From assembly GCA_001179505.1 (NCBI GenBank), contig CDMY01000708.1, positions 124,001-188,000 on the forward strand: a stretch of DNA of 64,000 nt, in the 5' to 3' direction. Within the stretch, counting starts at the first letter, position 1. Each line of letters starts with the position of its first letter. The DNA is from Vitrella brassicaformis CCMP3155 (taxonomy: Eukaryota > Protista > Chromerida). Shown in pieces: positions 25,333-37,400 of this stretch. Under the pieces are notes generated by a model. The model searched no databases and had not been told where the DNA came from. It saw nothing but the letters and a program-made list of their open reading frames with translations. Position numbers and translations under genes: made by a program.

Positions 25333-26013
25333 TCAGTCGTTGTCTTGTGTGAGGAAGACGCCGTCGATCATCCAGCAGCCGCGGTGCAGGCTCAGCCGAA
25401 AGTCCACCTCCTTACGGAAGAACTCACGGTCGCTCCACGACTGGAAGTTCGGATGGTGGCCCTCCAGCACCACTCGCTGCACGCAGTGCTCCTTGTTGCT
25501 GTCGTACTGAGGCGGACCCACAAACTCAAACGTGTCGCGGTTCAGCAGCACTCGGTACTCAGAGTTGCGCAGATAGCTGCCGTACTGCGCTGGGTTGAAG
25601 TTGCTGATGATGTTGTCACGGGAGGCGTGCTTGATCGTCACTGCGGCACCGTGGTCAAGCTGCGGGTCGTCGTTGGTCTGCAGGGCGTCCAGCACCTTCT
25701 CAATCACCACCCGGGCGTCCTCGCCAGGCTGCGGCAGGTCCCCCCGCCTCTCCAGAACAACCCACTGACCAAACCACTGCTCGGGGTGCTTCTCTGGCGG
25801 CGGGAGCTGCTCCTGACCACGGCCGCCCGACGCCTCGCCTTCTCCCTCAATGGATGCTCCAAGCCTCGACGTCTGCAGGTCGCCGTCCCTCGGATCTCGC
25901 CTGCTCGGCTGGCGCAATGAATGGGACGACGGCGACAGAGATCCAGATGGCACAAACACGGGATGCCAAGCCCATGCAACGGGCAGAATAAGGGCACTGA
26001 TGACACCTTTCAT
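25333..26013 (-). CDS. Single-exon, probably plastid-targeted protein with a DUF4864-like (algal/cyanobacterial) domain
   Basis: Signal-peptide-like MKGVISALILPVAWAW, then a Ser/Pro/Arg-rich transit-like segment. Core VVIEKVLDALQTNDDPQLDHGAAVTIKHAS..YRVLLN..VQRVVL..GCWMIDGV. Family assignment is from remembered pattern only. Confidence 0.65.
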   Translation of the reverse strand: MKGVISALILPVAWAWHPVFVPSGSLSPSSHSLRQPSRRDPRDGDLQTSRLGASIEGEGEASGGRGQEQLPPPEKHPEQWFGQWVVLERRGDLPQPGEDARVVIEKVLDALQTNDDPQLDHGAAVTIKHASRDNIISNFNPAQYGSYLRNSEYRVLLNRDTFEFVGPPQYDSNKEHCVQRVVLEGHHPNFQSWSDREFFRKEVDFRLSLHRGCWMIDGVFLTQDND

Positions 26014-26321
26014 CTTCCGCGGACACATCGAGAGACACACAGACACAGGGAGGAAGAGAGGCAACTGCGAGCTCAGCTGGCGATCGGAAAATGAGGCGCT
26101 TTCCCCGACGGACGCAGATTGGACACACCATCTGCCCTCAGGAGCCGGGGCCTCGGTGCCCGTTTCAACGAGCAGGAGTTTTGGCTGGCGGAGAACACGA
26201 GATCTACCACGAGCCGGATTCAGCGCCAATGGGTGGTCAGCAGACATGCAAGGTGCCTAAGTGTGAGAAGTCGGTCAGCTCTGCCAGCAGTTTGTGCATC
26301 AACGGCTCAAATCTATTGGCA

Positions 26322-29156
26322 ATGAGTACCAGCCTGTACGTCAGCCTGTCGCTTCTCAGCGTCGTCACGGCGGCTTCCTTCAGCAACGGCAATCACGGAC
26401 TCCCCTCCTTCGCGCAGCTGCCAAACGTTCGGCATGATCCATCGAGAATCATCAGGCGTCGCTTTCGGCATCTCCCGCTGCCTCACGTCCAGACAATCAC
26501 TGCCCCAGTTTCGGCTGATGAATCAGCCACAAAGGATGCTGCTGCAGTAGATTTCGGGCGAGTCGCAGCACTACAGCAGGCGATTGCTGATGGCACTGTG
26601 ACGGCGGTGCGGACGACGCTGTCTGACTCCATCAAGAACCACTGTCGGCTTGGGGCGAGAGGCCGACGGACGCGGATCTTTGTGGGAACAGACATTCTGG
26701 AGAGGGGAGCCATTGATGAGCTGTGGGAGAGTGTGCACGTTGCCTTTCCTATCTTGAGGAAGATGGACATCCCCTCCCACCTCTATGCGGCCTATGGCGG
26801 CGGGGAGGCTGCGGTCGAAGGTGACGCTGATGTGGTTGACTCTGCTCATGCCCTCAAGTCTGTATGGTCGAAAGCACACTCACGTGGTGAGAAGCTGGGA
26901 CTGCTGGTCAGGCCTGACGACAGCAAGTGGCCGCCCCCTCTCCCCGAGTGGCTCGTCGACTGCCCTGATCCGACCGAGAGTCCCACCATGACGCTCGTCT
27001 CCTTCTATCGTTTCACGCCGATAGAGGACCCGCAGTTGATGGCCGAGAGTTTCAGGAAGCTGTGGGAGCCGCTCAAGGCGCTGGGGAGGGTATATGTGGC
27101 GTCTGAGGGAGTGAATGCCCAGATGGCTGTGCCGACAAACGTCCTCTCGGCCTTTGCACGAGCCTGCAACAGCACCTCTGTCCTCGACGGCGTCCCACTA
27201 AACTGTGATGTGGCCATTCCAATGCTCGAGTATTGGGGCGACCAAGGTTCTTTCGAGAGATGGAAGGAGGAGAACCCGTCAGATGTTCACATGCAGCACG
27301 TCCCCCGCGCATTTGCACATAGCGATGACCAAAGTGACGAGAGCAGCGGGGAAGACCCGTCCCTCTCGCCGCGACGAGCGGTGCCTGGCAGGACGCGGGC
27401 GCCCTTCGAGAGGCTGCACATCCGTGTCCGCAAGCAGATTGTGGCTGACGGGTTGATGAGGCCGCTGGACTGGGGGAGGGAGACTGGGAGGGAAGTGTCC
27501 CCCGAGGAGTGGCATGAGAATGTCAATCGTTCGGATGTCCTGGTTCTCGACTGCAGGAACACGGTGAGTGAGCGGCAAGACAGCCGTGAGCATTATGGTA
27601 TGGATTGTTCGGTGTTGGTGCGTAGTATGAGACGGACGTCGGCCGATTCGACACAGCCGTGCCACTCAATACGACCTACTTCCGCGAGAGCTGGGATGCG
27701 CTAAACGAGACGCTCAAGGACGTCGACAAAGAGGCGCCTATCATGATGTACTGTACTGGTGAGCGAGTCAAGAACACCAAACACATCAACCGCCTGGCAC
27801 TAAGCGTCGCTCTCGCCCCCCTGCGTGTCTGTAGGTGGAATCCGCTGCGTCAAGACCGGCGCGTACCTCGTCCAAGAGCTCGGCTTCCGCAATGTGGGAC
27901 GGCTTGAAGGCGGCATCATCAACTACGCCAAATACGTCAAGGGAAAAGGCCAGCCCTCACTATTCAAGGGCCGCAACTACGTGTTCGACAACCGCATGGG
28001 CGAGAACATCACCCCTGACGTGCTGGCCCAGTGCGTGCAGTGCGGGAAGCCCTGGTCGCTGCACACCAACTGTCGATATGAGCGGTGCCACGTGCGGTTC
28101 CTGCAGTGCGACGAATGTGCCGAGAAATACGGGGGATGCTGCTCACGGTAGGTGGGGGCCCGACACATGCTGATGCAGCACTCCGTTCCATCTTTATGGT
28201 GCATTCTTGTCTTGTCAGGGGCTGTCAGCGGCAGCATGAGCGGTCTCTTGTCGAGACAGACACACATGCATCATCCGACGGAGGATGGCTGGAACCGCCC
28301 TTCCAAAACGCGCAGCTCAATCGTATGTTCGATGATGCACTCGAGGCCTACGCAGAGCAGCACTCGACGAGCGAGCCCCCCCTGCTGGCCGACCTGCGGC
28401 AGCGTACAGCGGCGGAGATGCCTCATGCCCTCCGCATGCTCAGCGGGCCATTGGTTGGGCGCCTCTTGGCCACATTGTCGCGCCTTTTGCGACCGGAAAG
28501 GATACTTGAGATAGGTGAGAGAGGACCGATACACGGTTGCATGTTCCTGTTCACTTTCTTGCTCTGTGGGGTGTGCAGGGACGTTCACTGGGTACAGCGC
28601 TGTGTGTTTCGCTGAGGGCTTGGCTGATGGAGGGCAGCTGGTGACGATTGAGAGGGACGAGCGTGCCGCAGCCATCGCACGAGAGTTCTTCGACAGGTCG
28701 CCGTTTGGCCCGTCTATCGACCTGCGTGTGGGCATGGCCGCCGACGTGCTGCCTCATCTCCGGGGCCAGACATTCGACCTCGTGTTCATCGACGGCGACA
28801 AGAAGAAGTACAAGGAATATTATGACTACATCCTGGAGGAGGGAATGCTGTCGGCCAGGGGCCTGATGCTTGTGGACAATGTGCTCTGGAAAGGCGGCGT
28901 TTTGCTTTCTGATGGTGAGACGAGCGATCGGTACAATGAGTGGCTGGCCAATGAAGAAACGAGGAGAGGTCTATCGGGCGATGACAGTAGAGATGGCGAG
29001 AGAAGGGAGGCTGATTTAGTGAAGCTTAGGAAGCGTCATGAGTCGTTGTGGCGTGCCATGGATGAGTTCAATCGTCATGTGAGGGATGACCCCAGGACAG
29101 AGCAGGTCATCTTGCCTATTCGGGACGGACTCTCGGCAATAAGATTAAAGGGTTGA
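26322..29156 (+). CDS. trhO: Fusion protein: bipartite leader + unknown domain + TrhO (YceA/UPF0176) tRNA U34 hydroxylase rhodanese + Methyltransf_3 (CCoAOMT/TrmR-like) O-methyltransferase
   Basis: Leader MSTSLYVSLSLLSVVTAASF. TrhO motifs: SFYRF..LGRVYVASEGVNAQ, RLHIRVRKQIVADG, VLDCRNTYE..GRF, YCTGGIRC, LEGGIINY, FKGRNYVFDNR, CVQCG..NC..C..QC..C..GCCS..C. OMT motifs: LEIGTFTGYS, FDLVFIDGDKKKY, VDNVLWKG, LPIRDGL. Introns at 27564-27625, 27759-27834, 28148-28218 and 28515-28578 all restore frame with GT-AG ends. Confidence 0.9.
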
Positions 29157-29219
29157 GTGCCACCCTCGCACCTGATTTGGTTTAGGGCACGACGTGGCCT
29201 GAAACCGCTGACGCTGAGC

Positions 29220-32200
29220 ATGAACACAAGAAATGCACTAACTACGGCCACGAGTGCTGTCCAAGGCGAGTCAGAAGCTCCAATGGCTCGCTCAGAACCT
29301 CCCCGCAACCCATCCACAGCCACAACCATGCCGACTCCTCCCCCTCCCGAACAGCCAGCATCATCCTTCCTCACATCCAGCTTCAGCACCGCTCGCGACA
29401 CTGCTACAGCCGTGCTCAACGCCCGTCGAGCCATCGGCGTCCCCCGACTCATCCGCATGTGCTATGGCGCAGACAGAAAGCCGGGCAACTTCGACGGCCT
29501 GCAGCCGCTCCCTCGCAGAGGCAGCGGCGCTCCCGGCCTGCCCACCATCCCCGAGAGCCGCGATCAGGCCGCCATCACTCAGAATGGCCTGCCACATGGC
29601 GTGAGTGAGCCGCCCTCCTTCCCAAGCGCGCCTGGGAGGGCAGGCATGCCGTCGATGCAGCAGCGAAGGCGGCCGTTTCGCGATGCGTTTAGGCAGCGTC
29701 TGTTGTGTATGGGTCCGCGGCCTGGCAAGGAGGGCGGTTTGCTGGGAGTGGACAGAGAGGGGTCGTCGGAGGCATCGACCCACAGGGTGGAAGGGGCATA
29801 CTCAGGTGGGCGGTGGGAGGGAGGGAGCGAGGGAGGGAGGGAGCGAGGGAGCGAGGGAGGGAGCGAGGGAGGGAGGCACCTGTGTCTGTGTCTGTCGCAT
29901 TCCACCTCTGTGTGTGTGTGTGTGTGTGTGTGTGCAGCGTTGACGGACGAGGCGCTGCTTGAGCGAGAGGAGGATTACGGCTATGACGACGAGGGCGACT
30001 TCGATGACGCCCGATCGGACTTCTACAGCCAAGGTGACTTACCTGCCCTCACTCATCAACGTCTTGTCATACGCTGTTGTGCCGCCCTTGTCGGCCGTGC
30101 AGTTGACCGTTTGTCCAACTACGACCCGACCGAGATAGCGGGCATCTTGTCGGTGTCGGCGTCGGGCTACCAGACGCCCCTCTCGGACCTCCTGCAGTTC
30201 GTGCTGGGCAACTTCGAGGAACGCAGAATGAGATTCAACACCATACAGGTGCGCCCTCGCGTGGGCAGCATGGCACGGCATTCGTTTGTGCACATCTGTC
30301 TGTGTGTTGACGTGTATGTTGTGGTCAGGGTAAGATCCGCACCGGCAATGGTGTGGCGGAGGTGCCTGCGGACTGGGACAGGACGTCTGAGATGAGGGCG
30401 CTGGCGGAGCTGCTCGTCGACACGTCACGGGCGTGCATGGTCAGTCCAGTGGCCGCACACACACGCAGACTAGTGTCGGTTGGTATGTACCTGTACTGCA
30501 TGTGTGTGGATGGATGGATGGATGGACAGAATGAGGATCCCAATGTGGATTGTGCGCTGGCGTACAACCACCATGGCGTCAAGGTGTGGAAGAAGGAATT
30601 CGGTGTCGGCAGACTCCTGCTCAGAGGTACAGACAGAACGACAGACAGACAGACCCTCCTGTGTGTTTGGTGTTGATGCAGCTGAGTGGGTGGTGCCGGT
30701 GGCCCCAAAGCAGTACTGTGAGTATGCGTCGGACGTACGGTGAGGCAGTCAGTCAGTCAGTCAGTGAGCCCCAAGAGAGAGGTCCGGCCACCTCTGTGTA
30801 TGTGTGTGTGTTGGTGTCGGTTCCATGATTCAGTTATCGCAAGATATGGGACAGCAACTGTGCTGAGGTGCAGCGGCTCGAGACCCTCGGCGACGGCATC
30901 GACCTCTGCTACGTCGCCACCAAACGAGTCGCAACAGTGAGCACCTGATTATACCACCCACACACACACAGACTGACAGACAGACAGACAGACGCCATCT
31001 CTTTTGGGTCCAGATTTTCCCGCGCGACACGGTGAATCTGCGCATCGTTCGTCCGCTGGACCCGTCGTCGCCCCTGGACTGCGCCTACTCGTCGTGCAGC
31101 TGCTCAATCGAACACCCTGAGATTGGCGACAGGTGCGTCACTTCACGTCAGTCAGCCCCCTGTCCCCCTCCCTGGTGTCATGCATGATATGTTCGACTGA
31201 CTGACTGAGTGACAGGCCTGGCAAGGTACGTGCCGACCTTCGCATCGCTTCGTACGTCGCAAACCCACTCCCGACGCCATTCGGATGTGAGGAATGACAA
31301 ACAGGCAGACAGGCAGACAGACAGACAGGGATAGGCAGCGGGGCCCAGAGCACCCCTATTTGAGCGCATCCGTTTGTCTCTCTGCGTTTGGTGTGTGGCG
31401 TCTGGCCTGTCAGTGTGGTCTCGCATATGTCTCTTCAACGAGGGCGATCCCCGTGGGTGGATCCCCGCTGCCGTCACAAAACTCCTGGCCGTCAAGGTAT
31501 GGCCCCCTGGCCAGCTCACACACAGCGGCCATCTGTATATGTGTGTGTGTGTGTGTGTGTGCGTGAAGGTGGTGCCGAGTTCGGTTGAGAAGGTGACCAA
31601 GGCCATCATGGAGAAGCACACCATCGCATGGGACGGCGAAAAGGCCAGCGGGTGGGCCGCCACACAGCTCGACCAAGCAGGATTCGTCATCCCACCGTAA
31701 GCACACACCCCCCACCCCCCATCCCCACCACCAGCACCACCAACCACACACATATGCACACCACACTGGGTGCTTGTTGGTTGGTTGATGCGATGCGTGC
31801 AGTCGCCCAAAACTGCCCATTGCGGACGCGCAGCTTTTGCTGTACGAGCAGTCCCTCAGCCTCAACGCGTCACAGCAGCAGATGGACGAGGACGGCCCCA
31901 CCACACCCATAGTCACCCTCGGCAAACGCCGCACGTCGTCATTCGTGTCGGCCGACGACTCACCCATACCCACCACCAACCACCCGCACACACACCCCTT
32001 CCACGCCTCTCTCCCCCACACCAGCTCACCCACGGCAGCAGCAGCGGCATCGCATGACTTTGGCTATGGGCGCATCCCCATGGCCAAGCAGATAGGGCCC
32101 ATGACATGGGTGGCGGAGGCGCCGCCATCCCCCACCTCACCCACCACAGGCATGTTTGAGTATCCAGCATCATCGCCACTGACGTTGCCTGAGAAGGGCA

Positions 32201-32804
32201 GCAGCAGTCCAGAGGCCAGCCCGACGGCCGCTGCTGCCGCAGGCAGGGTGGCCAACTTGGCGGGGCTGAGGGCCGCCGTGTCTGCCGCACTCGGTGCGGC
32301 CGCGTCTATGTCTGCCTCTGCCTCTGCTTCTGCCTCTTCGGAACCACAGCCATCGACATCTGCCGTGGAGCTGACCCCGTCGTGGCGTCGGGTGCGGCGA
32401 CAGCAGCAGGAGCCTCAGGCGGCCCAGTCGCCGTTCTTCCCTCCCCGTCCCCCCACCCCACCCGCGACACCGTTCCCCGCACCTGCACCACCTGGTGGCG
32501 ATGAAGCACCGCCGGCACAGCAGCCATCGGTGCAGGTGCATCTCTCGCCGTCCAAGCGGGGCGACCTGCCGTCGATCCCACACGCTGCGTCGTCGCCCAA
32601 CGTGGTGGTGCCCAAGCAGAAGCCGAAGCTCTTGCCGACCGATGGTGCTGCTGCTGCTGGTGGTCATGGTCATTGTGCGTCGTCGCCATCAAGCCCCACA
32701 TTGCCGCAAGGAGGAGAGGGAGAGGCGTGGACCACCGCCACCAGCACCACCATTCGCAGCGGGTACCAGTGGCTGGTGGAGAAGGTGGGAGGCCTTCCCG
32801 CTGG

Positions 32805-32835
<31 letters not shown>

Positions 32836-32961
32836 GAGGCGCCCGCCAATGGCCCCTCTCTGCTTGTGTTCCCCCAGGCCCCGAGCCCCAATGAGCCTGG
32901 GCAGCAGAGAGGGGGCGGGGCGGCCGATGCTGCTGCTGCTGCAGAGGCAAAGGCAGAGTAG
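29220..32961 (+). CDS. START-domain lipid-binding protein with long disordered N- and C-terminal regions, multi-exon
   Basis: Exons give LAYNHHGVKVWKKEFG, IFPRDTVNLRIVR, AYSSCSCSIEHP, GKVRADL and NEGDPRGWIPAAVTKLLAVKVVPSSVEKV, matching the START pattern (PRD.V; D.KGWIP..VN). A Pro/Ser/Ala-rich final exon ends at TAG 32961. Start codon uncertain (29220 or later). Confidence 0.75.
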
Positions 32962-32994
32962 GGCGTCCTTTCCTGCCGACCATCGAATCGATGT

Positions 32995-34480
32995 AGGACA
33001 TACCATTTTTGACTGACTGACTAAGTGACTGAGTGAGTGATGCATAGCAGAGTGGTGGGTGCATGGTGGGCTGCATGGGCTGGTTTAAGGGTGGGTGGGT
33101 GGGGAAGACCGACCGAGTGGGCAGATTTTTCCCATTGTTTGCTGGTGGTGGGTTATGTGGTGGGTGTGCAGCATCTCTTGGGTCCGGTGTCGATAGGCTG
33201 GATGCTGTCTTTCTTCTTCTTCTCTCTCTCTCTCTCTCTTTTGCTCTCTTGCTCTACTTCTTCGAGCGGAGCAGAAGATGACCGACCAGCGAGCTCCGCT
33301 TCAGACAGAAAGAAAGACATTTTGCCCTCGACTGACTGACTGACTGACTGACTGAGACAGACGATACGGTCGCTGATGATTTGATTTGTTGTGGATAGAC
33401 GCTTAATTTGCAAAGGTGGCCACCACACATCATTCAGTCATTCAGTCATTTATTTATTTATTTACTTATTCAGTCAGTCAGTCAGCACACCCACTCACGC
33501 GTCCGTCCGTTTCTACGTACGAAGGAGGAGGTTCTTCCACAGTCAATCACTCCACCCATCCGGCCATCCATCCATCCATCCATCCATTTTTGCTTCCTTG
33601 ATGCGATCCATCCATCCATCCATCCCACGACAACCAACAAACACACCACACCACACACACCGACCCGACAAAAGGAGACACAGGGGGCGGGGCGAGGCCA
33701 AGACAGGACAAGAAAGATGAGATGAGATGAGAGATGAGATGATATTAGACGAGGCAGGCACGACAAATGCGTCAGGCAGTCGGTCAGTCAGTCGTAAGGG
33801 CAGCCACTCTCACACACACTCTCACTCTCACTCACAGACAAACGACACGCGGACAAAAGTAGCCGCAACCCGGCAGGCACGTGGGAGGGGGGAGAGGGGA
33901 GAGGGGAGAGAAGGGGGAAAGGGCAAAAACAAAACCAACCAGGCCAACCAACCAGCCGTCACACACTAGCAGCCCAGCCAGCCGCATTTATCTGTTTGTT
34001 TGTGTACCGTCCCCCCCCCACACATCTCCCACCTACCCACCTGGCCCCCTCTCTCTCTCCTTACACAGCCAGGCAGGCAGGCAGGCAGGGGCTCGGTCGG
34101 TCCACACCACACACCTTTAGCCATACCATACCATATCGTTAGTTATCATCGTATCAGTCAGCCAGCAGATATATATATGTCCGCTCCTCTGTACACGCCA
34201 TCGCTCGCTCGCTCGCCCGCTCACCCACTCCCCCGGCCGCAACGCCCCCACCTCTCACCTCATCTCACCTCCCAGCCAGTCGGTCAGACTTCACACACAC
34301 CACGATTAACGACAAACGACAGACAAGACAACAAACGAACGACAAACAACTGCACACATCACTCACACACGTGTCACTCACTGCGACGTGCAGGCGGCCA
34401 TGCTGCTGCTCTGCTCTGATCTGATCTGCAATGCTATATATGGTATGGTATGGTATGCTATGGTGTGCCATGTGCTATGG
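32995..34480. repeat. Microsatellite-rich convergent intergenic region: (GACT)n, (TC)n, (ATCC)n, (AGATG)n, (ATGGT)n, (GCAG)n
   Basis: Directly visible short tandem arrays between the START and SPT 3' ends. Confidence 0.8.
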
Positions 34481-34491
34481 TGTGGTGTGCT

Positions 34492-37400
34492 TTAGAAGAG
34501 GTCCTTGGGGACGTACTGAGGCATCTCTACTATCGTCTGCACACACACACACACATACGCACACACAAGGAAGAGGCAGTTAGTTCACGTGTGCCGCGCT
34601 GTACATATTGCGTGCGACACACATACCTCGACCATCACCCTGACGAAGTCGTCCACCACCTCCTTGGTCAGCGCGTAATTCGCTGTGATGCGGAAACGTG
34701 GCCTGGCCGGCCACGCCATACACACACACACACACACACACACATTCCTCATGTGTTGGTCACCGGCATATATCGCGTCCGTCAATCCATCCATCCATCA
34801 CACACATAGATACCTCCTGAGGGGGCAGGCAGGCGCGCACACGGCCGAGACCATGTAGCCCTTGCGCCGCAGCTTGTCAGCGCTCAGCAGCATCCTGTCG
34901 GGGTCGTCGGGGAACACCACCGGGATCACCACCGAGTCCTCGTCGCCCTCCAACTCCCACTGCACACACACACACACACACACACCGTCTGTGTGTGTGT
35001 GGTACGTCTGTCTGTCCGTCAGTCAGTCACCTTGAGTTCGTCGGGGTATTCGGCAGGCCAGAGCCCGTTGCCAGTCTCGAGCGCGTTGCGGAGGTACTTG
35101 GCCATCTCCTGCGTCTCGGTAATCCGCCACGGCTCCGCATCGATCAACTCCAGCGCCTTCATCGCTGTCATTCATGTCATTCATTCAGCGGGAGGGACAG
35201 CACACCATCCATCCATACCATCCACATGGCATGGGTGTGTCGTGTCGGCGGTAACACATACCGGCGCCTGCGTGGTATGCGGAGCATGGCGCCGAGAAGA
35301 CGTTGCCGGGGCTGTGGAAATCCAGAAACTCTATCAGGTCGCTGCACACACACACATACACACACATGGATGGATGGATGGATGAATGTTTTGTGTTGTG
35401 GTGCTGTGCTGTGCTGTGGGGGGTGTGTGTGTGTGTGTGTGGCGTACTGGCTGCCGACGATGTATCCTCCAACAGAGGCGAGGGACTGCACGGGGGATGG
35501 TTGGATGCACCACACAATCGCTCAATCACGTCTCTCTCCCTCCCGCTCTCTGTGTGTGAGTGTGTGTGTGTGTGTGTCTGTGACCGGCCCAGTGACCTTG
35601 CTGAATGTCCCACAGATGAGCGTGGCGATACCAGGCAGGCCGTAATACTCCTCCAAACCACGACCTTCACACACACACACACACAAGTCATGAGGGAGGG
35701 AGGGAGGGAGCCGCCGTGACCCACCCCACCCAGCTGTGCTGTCAGAGCTGGCTCATACCTACCGGTCTTGCCGAGGACGCCTAGTCCGTGTGCCTCATCG
35801 ATGATGAGCTTCATGTCGTACTTCTGACACAGCCCCCACACCGACGGCAAATGAGCTATGTCGCCGTCCATGCTGTCAACACACACACACACACACACAC
35901 ACAGACAACACACAAATGCACTCATCGCGAGGGAGAGAGAGAGGGAAGNNNNNNNNNNNNNNNNNNNNNNNNNNNNNNNNNNNNNNNNNNNNNNNNNNNN
36001 NNNNNNNNNNNNNNNNNNNNNNNNNNNNNNNNNNNNNNNNNNNNNNNNNNNNNNNNNNNNNNNNNNNNNNNNNNNNNNNNNNNNNNNNNNNNNNNNNNNN
36101 NNNNNNNNNNNNNNNNNNNNNNNNNNNNNNNNNNNNNNNNNNNNNNNNNNNNNNNNNNNNNNNNNNNNNNNNNNNNNNNNNNNNNNNNNNNNNNNNNNNN
36201 NNNNNNNNNNNNNNNNNNNNNNNNNNNNNNNNNNNNNNNNNNNNNNNNGGGGGAGGGGGGGGGGGGGGGGGGTGGGAGGACACCTGGCTGGCGCTTGGTG
36301 CCGTGTACCTACCTGTAGATGGACTCGACGACCATCCAGACGACCCTCTTGCCCCTGTACCGCGGCAGGTGTTTCTTGATCATCCTCTCGGCGTCCTTGT
36401 AGTCGTGATGCTTGAAGTACACCACCTTGCCGCCGCACAACTTCAACCCCGTCCGCAGACTCGCGTGCGCTCGGCTGTCCACAAACAACAGCTGCAGAGA
36501 CAGAAGAGACGCGCAGAGAGACGACCGTACCGTCCGTGTGTGGCCATCCATCCATCCATCCATCAGTGGTGTGATTGGATGTGTGTGATGTGCGTGTGTG
36601 TGGTCACGCACGTCGCCTTTGCGGGCCACTCCGATGATGCAGCTCATGCAGGCGAGAAAACCCGCCGACACAACCAGACAGCCCTCCCTGGGACCACACA
36701 CACACACACACACACTGATATCACCATCCATCGCCGGCCGCCTCATGTGTCCGTCCGTCATGGGGGCTGTGCTGTCTGTCCTCATGTTTACCTTCCGAAG
36801 AATGCCGCGAGTTTCGATTCCAGCTGGCGCAAGATGTGCGTGTTGCCGCCCAGCATACGGGGACCTGCGGGAACAGAGCCGGCCACTCAGTCCAGCCATC
36901 CATCCATCCATCCTGCCGGTGTGTATTCACACGAATGGACAGCCAGCGTACCTACCGTGGTTGCCCGTGGCGTATTGCCTGGCGGCCGCGATGGCGGCCT
37001 CCTGCACGCGCTCGTCTCGGAGGAAATCCAGATAGCTGCATTGCAGCCACGAAAGTGTGGGTGGGTGCACCGCACACCCATACATGACACACAAAGAGGT
37101 GAATCCCTCCCTCAGTGGCTCCATCCTGACTGACCTGTAGGACGACATGATGTGAGCCTTTGTGCCGCTGACCGAGACGGTCTCGTCCTTGACGTCCCTC
37201 ATCTCCCACATGAAGGGCCACGAGTCGCCGAAGTTGCGCTTCAGATCCAGGTAGCTCTCCACCTCCGTCTCGCCCGGCCGAATCGGCATGTTGAGCGAGT
37301 TCTTGACCATCAGCACCGTCATGTGGTTGAGCGAGCGGGCGATCTTCCGGAAACGCCTCACCAACAGCAGCAGTCGGACCTTCTTGGGCGTTGTCCCCAC

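Noticed and set aside
25060-25920. 286-aa plus-strand ORF
   Set aside because: Antisense shadow of the DUF4864-like gene; no motif or plausible composition.
36249-36275. Poly-G tract as a G-quadruplex regulatory element
   Set aside because: It abuts an assembly gap; homopolymer length is unreliable and likely caused the gap.
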